Notes: generated by a model not told the origin, from the sequence alone. 64,000 nucleotides of DNA from the human T2T-CHM13v2.0 reference genome, Homo sapiens (GCF_009914755.1 NC_060934.1); one strand, 5' to 3'; positions 1 through 30,307 are shown, counted from the stretch's first letter. A program made the numbers and translations.

Positions 1-844
1 GTGCCTTCCAGAACCACCCCAGGGTGGAGGGCTGAGAGGTGGGAAGGGAGCTGGAGCCTCTCATGTCCACACATGCATTACCTCAGGGATTTCCCAGCAA
101 CACAACAAAACAGGCCTTCTCTCGCCCACTTTACCAGTGGGGCATTGAGGTTTCAGGATGGAAACAACTATTCAGGGTTTTCAGATGGTGAGAAAGAGTG
201 AGAATTTAAACCCAGGCCTGAGATGAAGCAGGGACCTGTGCCACCACCCCGAACGCCACCATCAAGCATGGAAATAAAGGAAAATCTTGAGTGCCTTCAA
301 GGGAAATTTCAGGCATCCAGCTAGCCCTGAGAAGTAAGTAAGTAACTTGTTAGGCAGGAAGGTAATAGTAGCCCAAAACAATAGCCAAGGAAGTTAGAGT
401 CCGGAGATGTTTAGTTTTAGGAACTAAAGATAACATCTTAACACACGTCCTTGAGTTTGTCATTCAGAAACCTGGACCTCCATGTGGACCCCCACCAAAC
501 GGATCTGCTGGCCTGCAGACCTCAGATAGAGGGAGCTGAGGACTGCACTCTGACCACCTTCTTTCATTCTAAATTTCTTCCGGAGGCTCCTGAAAGCCAC
601 ACCCATGAGCTAAAGCTAATATTCTTTTCTGTTAACCCTGAATTTTCAGGCAAGGCATCGCCTCCTGAACCAACTACAAATCAAAGAATCTCTGAATCCA
701 CCTATGACCTGTAAGCCCCTGCTTCAAGATATCTCACCTTTTTTAGGCCAAACCAATGTGTACCCTTCATGTACTGATTTACAATTTTATCTAACTTCTG
801 CTGCTTTCCTGAAAATTTACCCCGCCTTTAAAAACCCTTACCTG

Positions 845-1289
845 TGTGAAAGGAAACTATGTTGGCCCTCCCAAATCACTAAGTTAAAGAGAAAATTCAA
901 GCTGGGAACTGCTTAGGGCAAATCTGCCTCGCATTCTATTCAAAGTCATCCCTCTGCTCACTGAGATAAATGCATATCTGATTGCCTCCTTTGGAAAGGC
1001 TAATCAGAAACTCAAAAGAATGCAACCGTTTGTCTCTCACCTATCTGTGATCTGGAAGCCCACTGCCTGCTTCAAGTTGTCCTGCCTTTCCAGACCAAAC
1101 CAATGTTCATTTTACATATGTTGATTGATGGCTCATGTCTCCCTAAAAGGTATAAAACCAAGCTGTGCTCTGACCACCTTGGGCACATGTCGTCAGAACC
1201 TCCTGAGGGTGTGTCACGGGGGCATGTCCTCAACCTTGGCAAAATAAACTTTCTAAATTGACACTTGTCTCAGATTTTCAGGGTTCACA
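845..1289 (+). mobile_element. Solo ERV1 LTR, MER4A-like
   Basis: TGTGAAAGGAAA...GGGTTCACA termini, TATAAAA and AATAAA inside, 4-bp TSD CCTG (841-844) / TCTG (1290-1293). Confidence 0.8.
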
Positions 1290-1438
1290 TCTGCCAGCCA
1301 TCAGAGAGTTCAGGTTTTGAGCATGCGCTGCCTGGTCCCCCTTGCTCAGGGCTCTGTGAATAAACACCTTCCTTTCTAGTGCTGCAACTTCAGTGTGGAT
1401 ATCTGGACTTAACTGCACTGGGCAAGCCGACCCCAATT

Positions 1439-1903
1439 TGTCAAGCACGTCCGTGTGAAGAAACCACCAAACAGGCTTTGTATGAGGAATAAAACTTTTA
1501 ATTCACTTGGGTGCAGGTGGGCTGAGTCCGAAAAGAGTCAGCAAAGGGAGATGGGGAAGGGATTGCTTTATAGGAGTTGGGTAGGTAATGGAAAGTTACA
1601 GTAAAACGTGGTTATCTATTGTTAGCAGAGGAGGGGGTCACAAGGTACATAGTGGGGAGATCATAAGACTCATTGTCCAGAAGAAGAATGTCACAAAGTT
1701 GGTTGATCAGCTAAGGTAGGGCAGGGACAAGTCACAATGGTAAAATGTTGTAATTTTGGTTACTCAGTTAAGGCAGGAACTGGCTGTTTTACTTTGTGGG
1801 TTTTTTGGCTGCTCCAGACTTCTTGGTTCCTGCAGGCCATCTGGACATATATGTGCAGGTCACAGGGGTTATAATAGCTGAGCTTCAGCTCAGAGGCCTG
1901 ACA
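1439..1903 (-). mobile_element. Solo HERV-H LTR (LTR7C-like)
   Basis: Minus strand starts TGTCAGGCCTCTGAGC and ends CTTCACACGGACGTGCTTGACA, typical of LTR7; perfect 5-bp TSD CAATT at 1434-1438 and 1904-1908. Confidence 0.9.
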
Positions 1904-1947
1904 CAATTCAGTTATATAATAGTCCTAATGACCCAAAAGCCAGTACT

Positions 1948-1949
<2 letters not shown>

Positions 1950-1984
<35 letters not shown>

Positions 1985-2269
1985 AGATGGAGTCTCGCGC
2001 TGTCGCCCGGGCTGGAGTGCAGTGGCGCTATCTCAGCTCACTGCAACCTCCGCCTCCTGGGTTCAAGTGATTCTCCTGCCTCAGCCTCCTGCGTAGCTGT
2101 GATTACAGGTACATGCCACCATGCCCAGCTAATTTCTGTATTTTTTTTTTAGTAGAGATGGGGTTTCACCATGTTGGCCAGGCTGGTCACAAACTCCTGA
2201 CCTCAAATGATCTGCCACCTCGGCCTCCCAAAGTGCTGGGATTACAGGCGTGAGCCACCACGCCCAGCC
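1950..2269 (-). mobile_element. AluS
   Basis: Poly-T followed by a full Alu dimer in reverse orientation. Confidence 0.95.
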
Positions 2270-2555
2270 AAGCCCCTGCTCTCTTTACAGCCAGGGCTGC
2301 CTCCCTCACACACCTGCCCAAAGGGCTGGCAGCATCTGCACTCAAGTGAAGAGATCTAAGCACCTTTGAGCCCCAGAGCAGCAGGTGGGGGCTACCACCA
2401 GCATGGGGCCTTTCATGCGGGAGATCCCACAGCCCTTCTCCTTCCCCTTCCTCCTCCCTTGACAATGTGTTCAGGTCTCCCACAGCCTTTGGCACCAAGA
2501 AATTCCAATAGATGTTAACCAGCCTGGTAATTTAGTACAGCGTTAGCACCAAGTC

Positions 2556-2769
2556 GCCAAGGTTGAGGATATGCTACCGTGACACACCCTCAGGAGGTTC
2601 TGACAACATGTGCCCAAGGTAGTCAGAGCACAGCTTGGTTTTATACCTTTTAGGGAGACATGAGCCATCACTCAACATATGTAAAATGAACACTGGTTCA
2701 GTCTGGAAAGGCAGGACAATGTGAAGCAGGCAGGGGGCTTCCAGATCACATATGTGAGAGACAAACGGT
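2556..2769 (-). repeat. Inverted partial copy of the MER4A-like LTR segment 1025-1240
   Basis: Aligns by eye along its whole length to the reverse complement of 1025-1240; has no LTR termini of its own. Confidence 0.85.
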
Positions 2770-3125
2770 GCTATTTCCAAATATTTCCAAACTACTCTCT
2801 TTTCCAGCTACTCACCAGGAGGAAAGTAAATGCCTGTCAGACATGGTTACTAATCACCGCCGGTGGGTGGGATGAAAAGGAGCTTACTGATGACTGGCCA
2901 GGTGCTCACCCTCACCAGGTCTCAGATTCCTCTTTGGCTAATGAGGGAGTCAATTCTCTATTGGGGGTAGCAAGTTCAAATGCTCGGGGCAAGTCAGGTA
3001 ACACAACCCAGTGAAGCAGGTATGATGTTTGTATATGAAGTACTTATGAGCCTCACTTTCCTAAGTAAATAGGCTTTCTCCTATTTTCCTTGAAATGCAT
3101 ACCACTGCCAGTCTGTTTCTCTTTA

Positions 3126-3855
<730 letters not shown>

Positions 3856-3894
3856 GACAGGACAGGACACGACACGACACAATAAGACGAGAAG

Positions 3895-6005
<2,111 letters not shown>

Positions 6006-6006
6006 T

Positions 6007-7010
<1,004 letters not shown>

Positions 7011-7254
7011 ATTTTTTTTTTTTTTTTAAGTATAACATATCTCTATTAAGTTGAATAGAAACACTAACAAAGACTAGTATGCATAGTGATTATAGATGTA
7101 GACAGATAAAAAAGAAAAAGGGATACAAGGGCGCATTGAATTTATGACAATATTGTCTCAGTACCACAGCAGGAGCCAACTCACCCCAGGGCTGGCTTCC
7201 CAAGACCAGCTCCGGGAAGCCTGATCTGCTCAGCCTTGATTACTGGTTGACCGG

Positions 7255-7645
7255 GACTGGGGATCCAGCTGGCAGGACAGGCTGTAGCTCTCACCCTCAC
7301 TGGGCTGCTCTCTGACCCAGAACCAGGCCCCCAGTTCCTCCCCAGGATGAAGGCTGTAATGATTTGCAGCCACCTGAGCAGCTGGGTCTCCTTTTCTGGG
7401 AGTCCATCATATTCTCATCCACATTACCATTCATCGCAGTGTCCAGCATCACCAGGTCGGTGAGGAATGTGCCAAGGACAGGGACAATTCCCTTCTTCTG
7501 CTGCTGCCACCTTGCATGGGCTCTTTGGGGGCTTGCCTCCAGGGTGGCCGACTTGGAGGTCCCCACACTGATGAGCAGATCCCTGTTCGGTGGCTTGTCT
7601 TTGCTGCACAGCTTTGGACATTTTTCTGTTGCTTTATCTTGGCCA
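7255..7645 (-). pseudogene. RGL4/RALGDS-like Ras-GEF (CDC25 domain C-terminus) processed pseudogene fragment
   Basis: Minus-strand translation RDLLISVGTSKSATLEASPQRAHARWQQQKKGIVPVLGTFLTDLVMLDTAM...KRR, then after a frame change VAANHYSLHPGEELGAWFWVREQPSEGESYSLSCQLDP; matches the recalled RALGDS motifs GTVPYLGTFLTDLVMLDTAM and ESYNLSCELEP; no introns. Confidence 0.85.
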
Positions 7646-7699
7646 CTCAGAGCAGAGCAGCCACAACCCCCCACCCCACAGTGCCTGGGCCAAAGTGGC

Positions 7700-7980
7700 C
7701 CAGGTTAGGGTCCTTGAAAGACGAGACACCAGAGAGTTCCCTCTCCTTCTCTTTCCCTCTGTCCCCCACACCCTCTTTCCAGGAGCACAAAGAGGTCATG
7801 TGAGCACGCAGTGGGAGGGTGGCCACATGTGAGCCAAGAGAGGGGCCTCAGAATGAAGCCTGCCTTTCCTGCACCTTGATCGTGGACTTCCAGCCCCCAG
7901 AACTGTGAGAAATGAATTTCTGTTACTTAAGCCTCCCAGTCTGTGGTATTTTGTTATGGCAGCCTGAGCCAACTAATACA
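7700..7980 (+). mobile_element. MaLR LTR (MST/MLT1A-type) 3' part
   Basis: GGACTTCCAGCCCCCAGAACTGTGAGAAATGAATTTCTG...GTGGTATTTTGTTATGGCAGCC...CTAATACA terminus. Confidence 0.8.
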
Positions 7981-10129
7981 ACAGGAAAGAAACATTCCAA
8001 TCTCCGTAAATTCATTTTTAAGTTCATTAATGTTTAAAGTGATTAACAGTGGGTACACTTTGTAAACCATCAAGATCTCATACAGTCATATTTTATGATT
8101 CCCCATAATTAGTTGGTCATGGTTTGTAACTCCTGACAAACATTGTTTTTAGTTTTAGAGAGTTTTTATCCTTTTACATTGAATAAAAGAAAAATACAAC
8201 AGAGGGAAAGTTGTCGCTTAATAGACCAGAGTCAGGTTCCGTCTAATTTGCCCCTTGCCTCGGATTGATTAGTTAGTCTCATTTTTGCCTTGCCTCGGGT
8301 TGATTAGTTAGTACATGAACTTTCTGCTCAGTTTCCTGGGCTTAGATATTCTGTATCCTCAACACAGAGAGGTGATTCACAATATTTGGCTTGAACAAAA
8401 ATACTTTTAGGTCCAAGAGATTTGTTTTATACTGTATTCTTTCATTAAACTTTTCTTTTTATCTTTCCTTATGTATGTATTCATTTTATTAAAAAATTGA
8501 GATGAGGTGTCACTTGTTGCCCAGGCTGGTCTTGAACTTCTGGGCTAAAGTGATCCTCCTGCCTCAGCCTCCCAAAGTGCTGTATTATAGGCATGAGCTA
8601 CCACACCCTGCCCATTAAACCTTTCTTAAAGAGTTTTATTTTCAAAGACAGGGCATTGATTGATTGATTGAGAGATGGGGTCTTTCTATGTTGCCCAGGC
8701 TGGTCTTGAACTCCTGGGCTGAAGCAATCCTCCTGCCTTGGCCTTCCAATGTTGAGATTACAGGCATGATCCACCATGCCCAGCTGGACAGGGCATTTTA
8801 AAATGCAAATGTGTACTGACCTCATTAGTAGGAGGATGCATTCTGGCACCCCGTTCTTCACCTGTCCCCCAATCCTTAAAAGGCCATACTGCATAAAGTC
8901 AACAACAGATAAATGTTTGCTGAATTAAAGGATGGATGAAAAAAATTAATAATGAATTTTTGCATAATCCAATTTTCTCTTTTATATTTCTAGAAGAAGT
9001 TTCTTTGAGCCTATTAGATCCCGGGAATCTTTTAGGTGAGCATGATTAGAGAGCTTGTAGGTTGCTTTTACATATATCTGGCATATTTGAGTCTCGTATC
9101 AAAACAATAGATTGGTAAAGGTGGTATTATTGTATTGATAAGTAAATAGTCTTGGAGGGAAAATGCAATTGATCTAAGTTTAGATATCCTCAATGGTCAG
9201 CATTCAGAAGTTTAAAGAGCATAGGCTAAGTTCATCAGACATAACTGGGCTCAAATCTTGGCTCTGCCACATACGACCTTTGACAGGTAACAACCTTTTT
9301 GCACCTGTTTCCTCATTTGTAAACTGGGTACATTTGTGGCTAGTCCTCAGGCTTGTTGAAATTAAAACAATACAGGTAAAACTCCAACTCACTGCACGCT
9401 ATACATATCACATTTCTTTCTTTTCGTTCCGACTGTAAGTCCAATGTCTTTCCCAGAGTATCAAAGGGCCTGTCTAAGGGATGCATCTGACAGGTTGCAC
9501 CAAACAAACTTGTGTATGTCAACAGCTGGGAAACTTTGACTTTCACAAGAATGTCACAGCAAATGGACACACACACACAAACAAGGATGTGCATCTTTGT
9601 GTAGGCAAGTGTACTCAAGAAGGCAGGCAGGGGAAGCAATATTCTGTTTCTCAAGTTTTAAGCAACCTAAGGCAGAGTTTCCAGTACAGGAAGAGAACTT
9701 GGGAGATGAATTCAAGTCTGTGAAGCCTTCGGCTAGCTTACATAACAATGAGTTAAACATGTACAGTGCTTTACAGCTTCCTCTCCATTGCCTTTTTGTT
9801 TTTGTTCTGTAGGGTGATTACACCCACTGTGCAGATGGGCATGCTGAATGACCTTTAAGGTGCTAGTTAATTACGAACTCAACTCTAGTTCTCCTTTTTT
9901 CAAAATCAGATTTCCTCTCAAATCCCATCCTGCTTCTCCATTCTATTAAAGTGCCTGGAGATCTCCTTCCCTCACACTGTTTAAAATCATGCCTCAGATC
10001 TCACCACAGGGAAATGAAGACTTCACAATCCCTAAGATCCAGCCAACACTCCTGAAATCTGGGGTAGATACCAAGAAACGATCCACAAAATTCGGGAGAA
10101 GTGAAAATGGTATTAGAAAGGAAACTTTC

Positions 10130-11095
<966 letters not shown>

Positions 11096-11287
11096 TCAGC
11101 ACAGCCACCCTTTTCTTCAATGCTCGCAAAGTCCCATTCCTTCCTTGCCTGAGCACACAGCCCATCATAGGATCTAGCCCTCTTTTGCCTTCTCCAGTCA
11201 TCTTTACCTTCCCACCTGCCACACTACCAGAAAAATAAAATAAAGTAAAATGTCAATAAAGACATTTCTTTATCTGGCTTGTCTTAA

Positions 11288-11445
11288 AGTCAAAAGGAGG
11301 AGGGACTAAGGCAGGATCAATATTTAGTTTGTCCTACAGTCAAAAGGAAGAGGAATTAAGGCAGATAAATATTTAATTTGTTCAACATTAAAAGGAGGAG
11401 TGATTAAGGTAGATAAATAAGGATAATATTTCAGGCAGATAAACA
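11288..11445 (+). repeat. Degenerate ~50-bp tandem repeat (~2.7 units)
   Basis: Units of the form AGTCAAAAGGAGGAG...TAAGGCAGATAAATATTTA start at 11288, 11338 and 11387. Confidence 0.8.
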
Positions 11446-11608
11446 TGAAATCCTGTGTTTATTTCCCCCAGACTAACTGCACAATAATGGGCTGGTGTCC
11501 ACAGGATTAGTCAACAAGGTTTGCCCTGTCCTTCCACCCTACTCTCCCACTTGGTGCCCCTGGGCTCAGGGAGAGTGTTTTCTGAAGAGATTCCCAAAGG
11601 AATGCCCT

Positions 11609-14750
<3,142 letters not shown>

Positions 14751-16365
14751 CAAAAAGTGTTGTTTTTAAAATTTTTTTCCTCTTGAACTCCCATAATTCC
14801 ACCAAAAAGTGTTCTTGTTTGTTCTCCAAAGCGTTCCAGTTTGTATAATAAATTGTATGATCACTCTACTTAAGTTTTATATAGGACTCAAAAGCAAGCC
14901 TGATTTGATAATGGAGTTTTGCTCTTGCAATAGAAAAAGGATATGAAGGAGGGGAATTTTCTTTCAGAGAAGAAGTGGAAAGCCTGGCTCTTTTGGCCTG
15001 GAGGAGTCAAGAAAGGAGAAAACAGCAGCATTAACAATAACAAAGTATCAATAAAAAGAATAACAATAGCAAACTTCTATTGGGTGCTTACTCTGTGCCA
15101 GCATAGTGCTAACTGCTTACATAAATAATCTCCTTTGATCCTTACAGTATCCCTATGAGGGATTCAGACCTTGCATCCTTTCCCATTGTCCATGCTCCTC
15201 GGGGAAGCAGTGGTCAAACAGTGGTTCCTAATCTCCCCTTTCTATTCCAAAGTCCCAAAGGGGGAAGTGGGTGGAGGACATGAGGTGATTACTCACAAGG
15301 TGCCCCCAATTTCCTTCTCCCCAGTAACCTCCTCCTGAAGAGCCTGGAAAACCAAATACTCTCTTTCTCAGCCTTCCTTGAGAATAGAATGTGACTTAGT
15401 TTTGACTGATTAGACGTAAATTTCCTCTAGAGCTTCTGGGGAAGACATTTTGTTTCAAATGAAAGGGACCAGCACAAAAGAAACGCTGCCTGCGCTCGTT
15501 GGTCTCACCTATACATTCCTTAAACACAAACGTGATGGGTGGAGCTGAGGCAGCCATTTTATGATGATTAGCTGAAAAGGATAAGAAAAATAGGCCAAGT
15601 ATAACAGAGGGACAACACAGAGAGGCTCTTAATGACCTCACGGAGTTGCCAAACCATTGATACCACCTGCTCCAGGACCTTATGAAAACCCTTATGGTTT
15701 ATGTCACTGTTAGTTAGAGTTTCTGTTACTTGCAGCCAAAAACATTCCTAGTCAAAACAACATGTTAGATTAAAGGAAAGCCAACAACAAAGGGGCTCTG
15801 TCCATCTGAAGTCCTGGCAGGGTTTTCTGCTGGGGGCCTGCAGCAAGCTGGAGATGAAAGCACAGCAATGGCAGAGAGCAGTGGCCGACACCAGAGCCCA
15901 TGTGTGATGTGCTGGTGATGTTGAGGTTCCAAGTCCCCTGAGAGGCAGGGAGCACAGAATGTAGCTAACTCTGGCTGGAGCACTTGGCAAAGCAGGCCTT
16001 CCTGGAGGGGTGAAGTGGACCTCGCTGAACAGGAATAACAACCAGAACTCTAGGCAGCAGCATCACAAGACCACAGTGGGGCCAATTCACAGGGAAGACT
16101 ACCAGCCTGAATGAGTCAAGACCAGACCACTAATTCACACCAAATACACCAAGATAAGGGGCCCAGGAACCCCAGCAAACTTGGCTCTCTGTAAGACCAT
16201 CAAAGGCACTAGGGATCCCTGGCTTGTACTATTGGAATTGGACAAAGGAAGGAAGAGGCAAAGACAGAGGAACAATTGTGGATTTCTCTGGAAGAGATTG
16301 AGTCCTCCTGAAGAGGCTGTTTAAATTGGAAAAAAATGAGATTGGCAAGTGTAAAGTCCACTTTT

Positions 16366-16681
<316 letters not shown>

Positions 16682-18139
16682 TTATACTTGCCCTGCTCCC
16701 CCTCTGGATGGAGGCTCATAAGATTAAATCCACCATAGAGGAATAAAGAAGTGTTCTGCTGGGTGCAGAAGAGCATGTGTGAGCTATGGTCTGGGTAATA
16801 TTGGGCTCTGCTGCACAGTCTTCAGTCTTCGTAGACTTCTGTGAGTGCAGCCAGGCCAAAAGCAGGGGAGGGTTTCTCCTACTGGTCAAAATGAGTGTTT
16901 TCTGTTTGGGCTTTCCAATATAAGTGAGCTAGAGGCCCAGGTTAGAATAACAATAGCTTCACTTTTTAAAACTCTTGCACCCAGACATTGTGCTAGTTGC
17001 TTTGCACGTACAGCCTCATTCTAATCATCACAACAATCCAGGAAAGAAGAAATAACTGCCCCATTTCACAAACGAGGAAACTGAAGTTCAGAGAAATGAG
17101 TCGCACAGCTACTCTGTAGTGGAATTTAAACACTGATCTTCCAGATGCCACCACATGACAGAAACCATGCTTTATGAAGAATGGTGAGGGAAGTCGGCAT
17201 GTGGACCCGGAGGGAAGACCTGTTGGGCTCACAGTATTCAGGTTTATCACATCATTATCACATCACATCACATCATTTATCATTCCATAGGAAGAGTTTG
17301 TTCTGGAGGTCTGCAAGGTAGAGGTATATGGGCAGCAACATTTTCAGTTATCACAAATTTTTTCTTTCCTTTCCTCTCATTCAGCCATGGAGTCAGATGC
17401 TCTAGTGCATTGGGGAGACAGGAAGCAAGGCAGAAAGCCTAGCTAGCTAGTAATGCTCCTTGGCTTTCATTTTTAAGGAGAATGAGAAAGTTTTCAGAAA
17501 AAGTCAAAGGGAGAAGAGTGCTCCAGGGAAGGATCAGTGGTGCTGAAAGGAAGCAGGATTGTGAATCCCAAGGAGAGCAGAGGGAAAGCTGGAATTCTCA
17601 GCAAAGGGGGATCTTAGCCTCTCTTTCCAGAGGCCCCTTTGGACATGGAAGGATCCCAGAGAGGAATGAGTGAGGGATGCATCCAGGAGATGAGACCAAA
17701 AGCCCCAGGGCTCTCACTTTTCTAAAGGAATCCTATGTCCCGGGATCTCGAGGAAGCAGCAAAGAGTCACTGGATACAAAAGGGACTATATGGGCAGAGA
17801 CAACGAATATCTCTCCAGAAACACGAGGAGACAGAAGACGACATAGCAGCTGGATGTGCTGACTCACACTTGTAATCCCAGTACTTTGGTATGCCAAGGT
17901 GGGAGGATTGCTTGAGCCCAGGAGTTCAAGGCCAGCCTGGACAACATGGCAAAAGGTCATTTCTACAAAAAATAAAAAAATTAGCTAGGCATAATGGCTC
18001 GTGGCTACAGTCACAACTACTTGGGAGGCTAAGACATTAGAACCACTTGAAGCTGGAGATGGAGGTTGCAGTGAGCTGAGATAGTGCCGTTGCCCTCCAG
18101 CCTGGGCTTACAGAGTGAGACTCCGTCTCAAAAAAACCC

Positions 18140-19885
<1,746 letters not shown>

Positions 19886-19890
19886 TTTCC

Positions 19891-24074
<4,184 letters not shown>

Positions 24075-24809
24075 TCACCTTGCCTACGCAGGATGTGTAT
24101 AAAGTGAGTATTTGTCTTAGCTGTACTTATGTCAGGGAAAAGGCATGTGGATTTAAGCAGCATTTTAAAAAGCTCGCTTAACATCTCAAACACCTGGAGC
24201 CACTGGGAAACTGAGAGCTGACAGTGCCGGAAATCACAAAATGACAATTACCCACATGGTGAAGGGAAGAGCTGAGAAGAAAACATCAGCTACCCTGCTT
24301 TCCTGCCTCTTTCGTAATAGTCTCAACTGCTTATTTATGAGATGTGGTTTGTCAAGATAATGAAAGGAGCTGAGAAGATTGGGAAAGATGCTAAAACATG
24401 AACAGGCATATTCTTATGTGAACCTTTGTGATTTCCTATGAGCTCTTCCTGCTTCACCATGAAGCTGGTGGGCATCATGAAGCCAGTGAAATTTCCTAAG
24501 AGTTTATGGACCCAATATTCTTTTTCATTTCTTATTTACTGAAGACACTAATGAAGCAATGATTGCTAAGAGGGCGTTCTGGTAGCAGTCACTATCAGGG
24601 CTATAATAGCTACCCTTAGTGGAGTGCTTAGTGTCAGGATCTGTTTCAGGCATTGAAATACATTAAGTCTTGTCATCCTCAGCACAGAACTGTAAGCCAA
24701 GCATCACTATCCCCATGATACAGATGGAGAAACACACTCTCAGTGAGATTAAGGAACTGGCTCACGCATATAACTAGTGCAGGCAGAGTGGGGTCTTTAC
24801 CACTCATGC

Positions 24810-25215
24810 AGTGTGGATATCTGTCCCTCCAGATCGCATGTTGAAATGTGACCCCCAGTGTTGGAGGTGGGACCTAAAAGAGGTGTTTGGGTCATGGGGG
24901 TGGATCCCTCATGAATAGCTTAGTGCCTTCCCTGCAGTAATGAGTGAGTGCTCTCTCTACTAGTTCACAGAGATCTGGTTGCTAGTCTGGGGCCTCCCTC
25001 CTCCTACTCTCTTGCTCCTTCTGTGGCCATGTCACAGGTGGCTTCCCTTCCCTTCAGCCACTACTGGAAACTCCCTGGAGCCCTCCCCAGAAGCAAATGT
25101 TGGCACTAAGGCTTCCCGCACAGCCTGCAGAACCGTAAGCCAAATAAACCTCTTTTCTTTGTAAGTTACCCAGCCTCAGGTATTCCTTTATAGCAATGCA
25201 AAATGGGCTAAGACA
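24810..25215 (+). mobile_element. MSTB-like MaLR LTR
   Basis: CATGTTGAAATGTGACCCCCAGTGTTGGAGGTGGG...AAATAAACCTCTTTTC...TATAGCAATGCAAAATGGGCTAAGACA. Confidence 0.85.
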
Positions 25216-25542
25216 CCCATTGAGTTCTGCTGCCCAGAATGGAGAAGTATGACTGGCACTGCTGCACATATTCATTCAATGAGAAAATATCTCGATTACA
25301 CCAAGCATCTAGTTGTAGAAATGAGAAGAGGTGCCTGCTGAACATTCTGGAAACTCACTCCTTTTTTGTGCTGTGAGTTCAGACTGAACAGGATCAGCAA
25401 GCATAACTGTATCTGTGTTCCATGCCTTATCCTCCAGCAAATACCAGGAACATTCTGGAGTTGAAGCTGTTTCCACTAATAGCCAGAGAACAGTCCAGTT
25501 CTAACAGAGGTGCCAGGGATGCTCTCTCCTGGAGAGCACTGA

Positions 25543-26687
<1,145 letters not shown>

Positions 26688-28106
26688 TCACCCAGTCACT
26701 GGATGAGGCTGCCCCAAGACGGCAGCAACCTTGGGTGACCCAAGATCACCCCACAGACCAAGGACCCCCAAAGAGCCAAAAGCTAGAGGCCACCCATTGA
26801 CTGCAAGCCCTGCAGCTAGGCTTCACATCCTCCTTGGTGGGGAAGATGGAGGAAGGGGTGAGTCGGGCAACTCCATGTCTTCCACAGTCTTCTACCTAGG
26901 TTCTTCCAAGCTCCCCATAGCATCATCCTCTTAGGCAACATCTTTTACTAAATATTGCATTAGATACTAATGGCATCGGTCCCATATCCCTTCAGCCCTC
27001 CCTGTTTTATCTGCAGCTGTGGTTGACAGTTTTTGTGCAAGCTAACAGCTTCTCCTTTTTGCCACTGGGGTCAGTTAACTTTCAGTTACAGACAAACCTG
27101 TTTAAAACACAAACAGGCATATACCTCTTAGAAGAGAACAAAAATGTTGCCTTTTCAGATCTCAGACTTTAAGAAATTTTGGAACCAGGAATTGACAAAC
27201 AGTGCTTGGAATTCAAGGAATGAACTGACCCTAGGCACTTCTAAAATAAATTCCAGCTCAGTAGAAACAATAATTTGAACTTGCATTTCCCATGAGCAAA
27301 CTTTCATGATCCTGTAGCTATAACACGACTGGATGGTGAGAATGTAACCACTGCTGGTATCATCCCAACTTGTCAGCCCACAGTGTTAGCCTTTGGGCTT
27401 CCTGGGATATCTGAGTGGCAAGTTACCCATGAAATACATTAGGCAAACAGGATTCGATGAAAGGAGGAGGAAATTATTCCTACACATTGGATGTTTATAT
27501 TTTAGATCTAAATTGCAGCAGGTACATATTGGTTCTTTCCTTAATCATTGGCTTATGTTGAAGTTCACATTAATAATGGAATGTTTCCTTTATAAAGAAA
27601 GACAACCCTGCTGATTTCCTGCTGTAGGACAGGCTATCCTGGAACTGGTGTAGGCTGGGCAGTTGTCTACACCCAACCCTGATCCTCTTAGTGCCATCCT
27701 TCAGATGTTAGGCCAGCACCTTCAACTACAAATTAGGCAAAGCTAAGAGACATATATGATTAATTTCATATATTAATTTTATATATTCCTATATTAATTT
27801 CCCAAAAATATTTTAAACAAAGGTTATACAATGAAGCTAATCAAATAGAAGTGGCAAATCAAGATAAGGAAAGAAAACCCAAGAATTCATGGGAGCAAAA
27901 GGGCTGTTGTAACCGCATCAGAATGTGGGCATGAGGTTCCTAGTTTCCAGAGCAGTAAAAACAAAACAAACAGCAACAGCAACAAAAACAAACCCACATA
28001 AAACCACCAAGTTACGCAGTTCTCATCAGAAAGAGGAAAGCATTCCAGATTCTTAGCAGAGATGCATTTTCCCTCCCAAATTTCTAAAATTTAAACATAA
28101 CAAATT

Positions 28107-30172
<2,066 letters not shown>

Positions 30173-30307
30173 CTAATTAAAAAATAAAATCTGGCCAGGT
30201 GCAGTGGCTTACTCCTATAATCCAGCACTTTGGGATGCCAAGGCTGGTGGATCACCTGAGATCAGGAGTTCGAGACCAGCTTGGCCAAGATGGTGAGACC
30301 CTGTCTA

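Larger units (their letters stand above)
219..1915 (+). mobile_element. ERV1 LTR, MER39-like, interrupted by two younger LTRs
   Basis: Starts TGAGATGAAGCAGGGACC...AAGCATGGAAATAAAGGAAAATCTTGAG, resembling the recalled MER39 consensus; resumes at ~1290 (AGCCATC...AATAAAC) after the first insert. Subfamily from memory. Confidence 0.65.

Noticed and set aside
2935-2952. CTAATGAGGGAGT resembling recalled MSMB exon 2
   Set aside because: Only 13 nt with no flanking similarity or splice context; no MSMB-like exon was found in the window.
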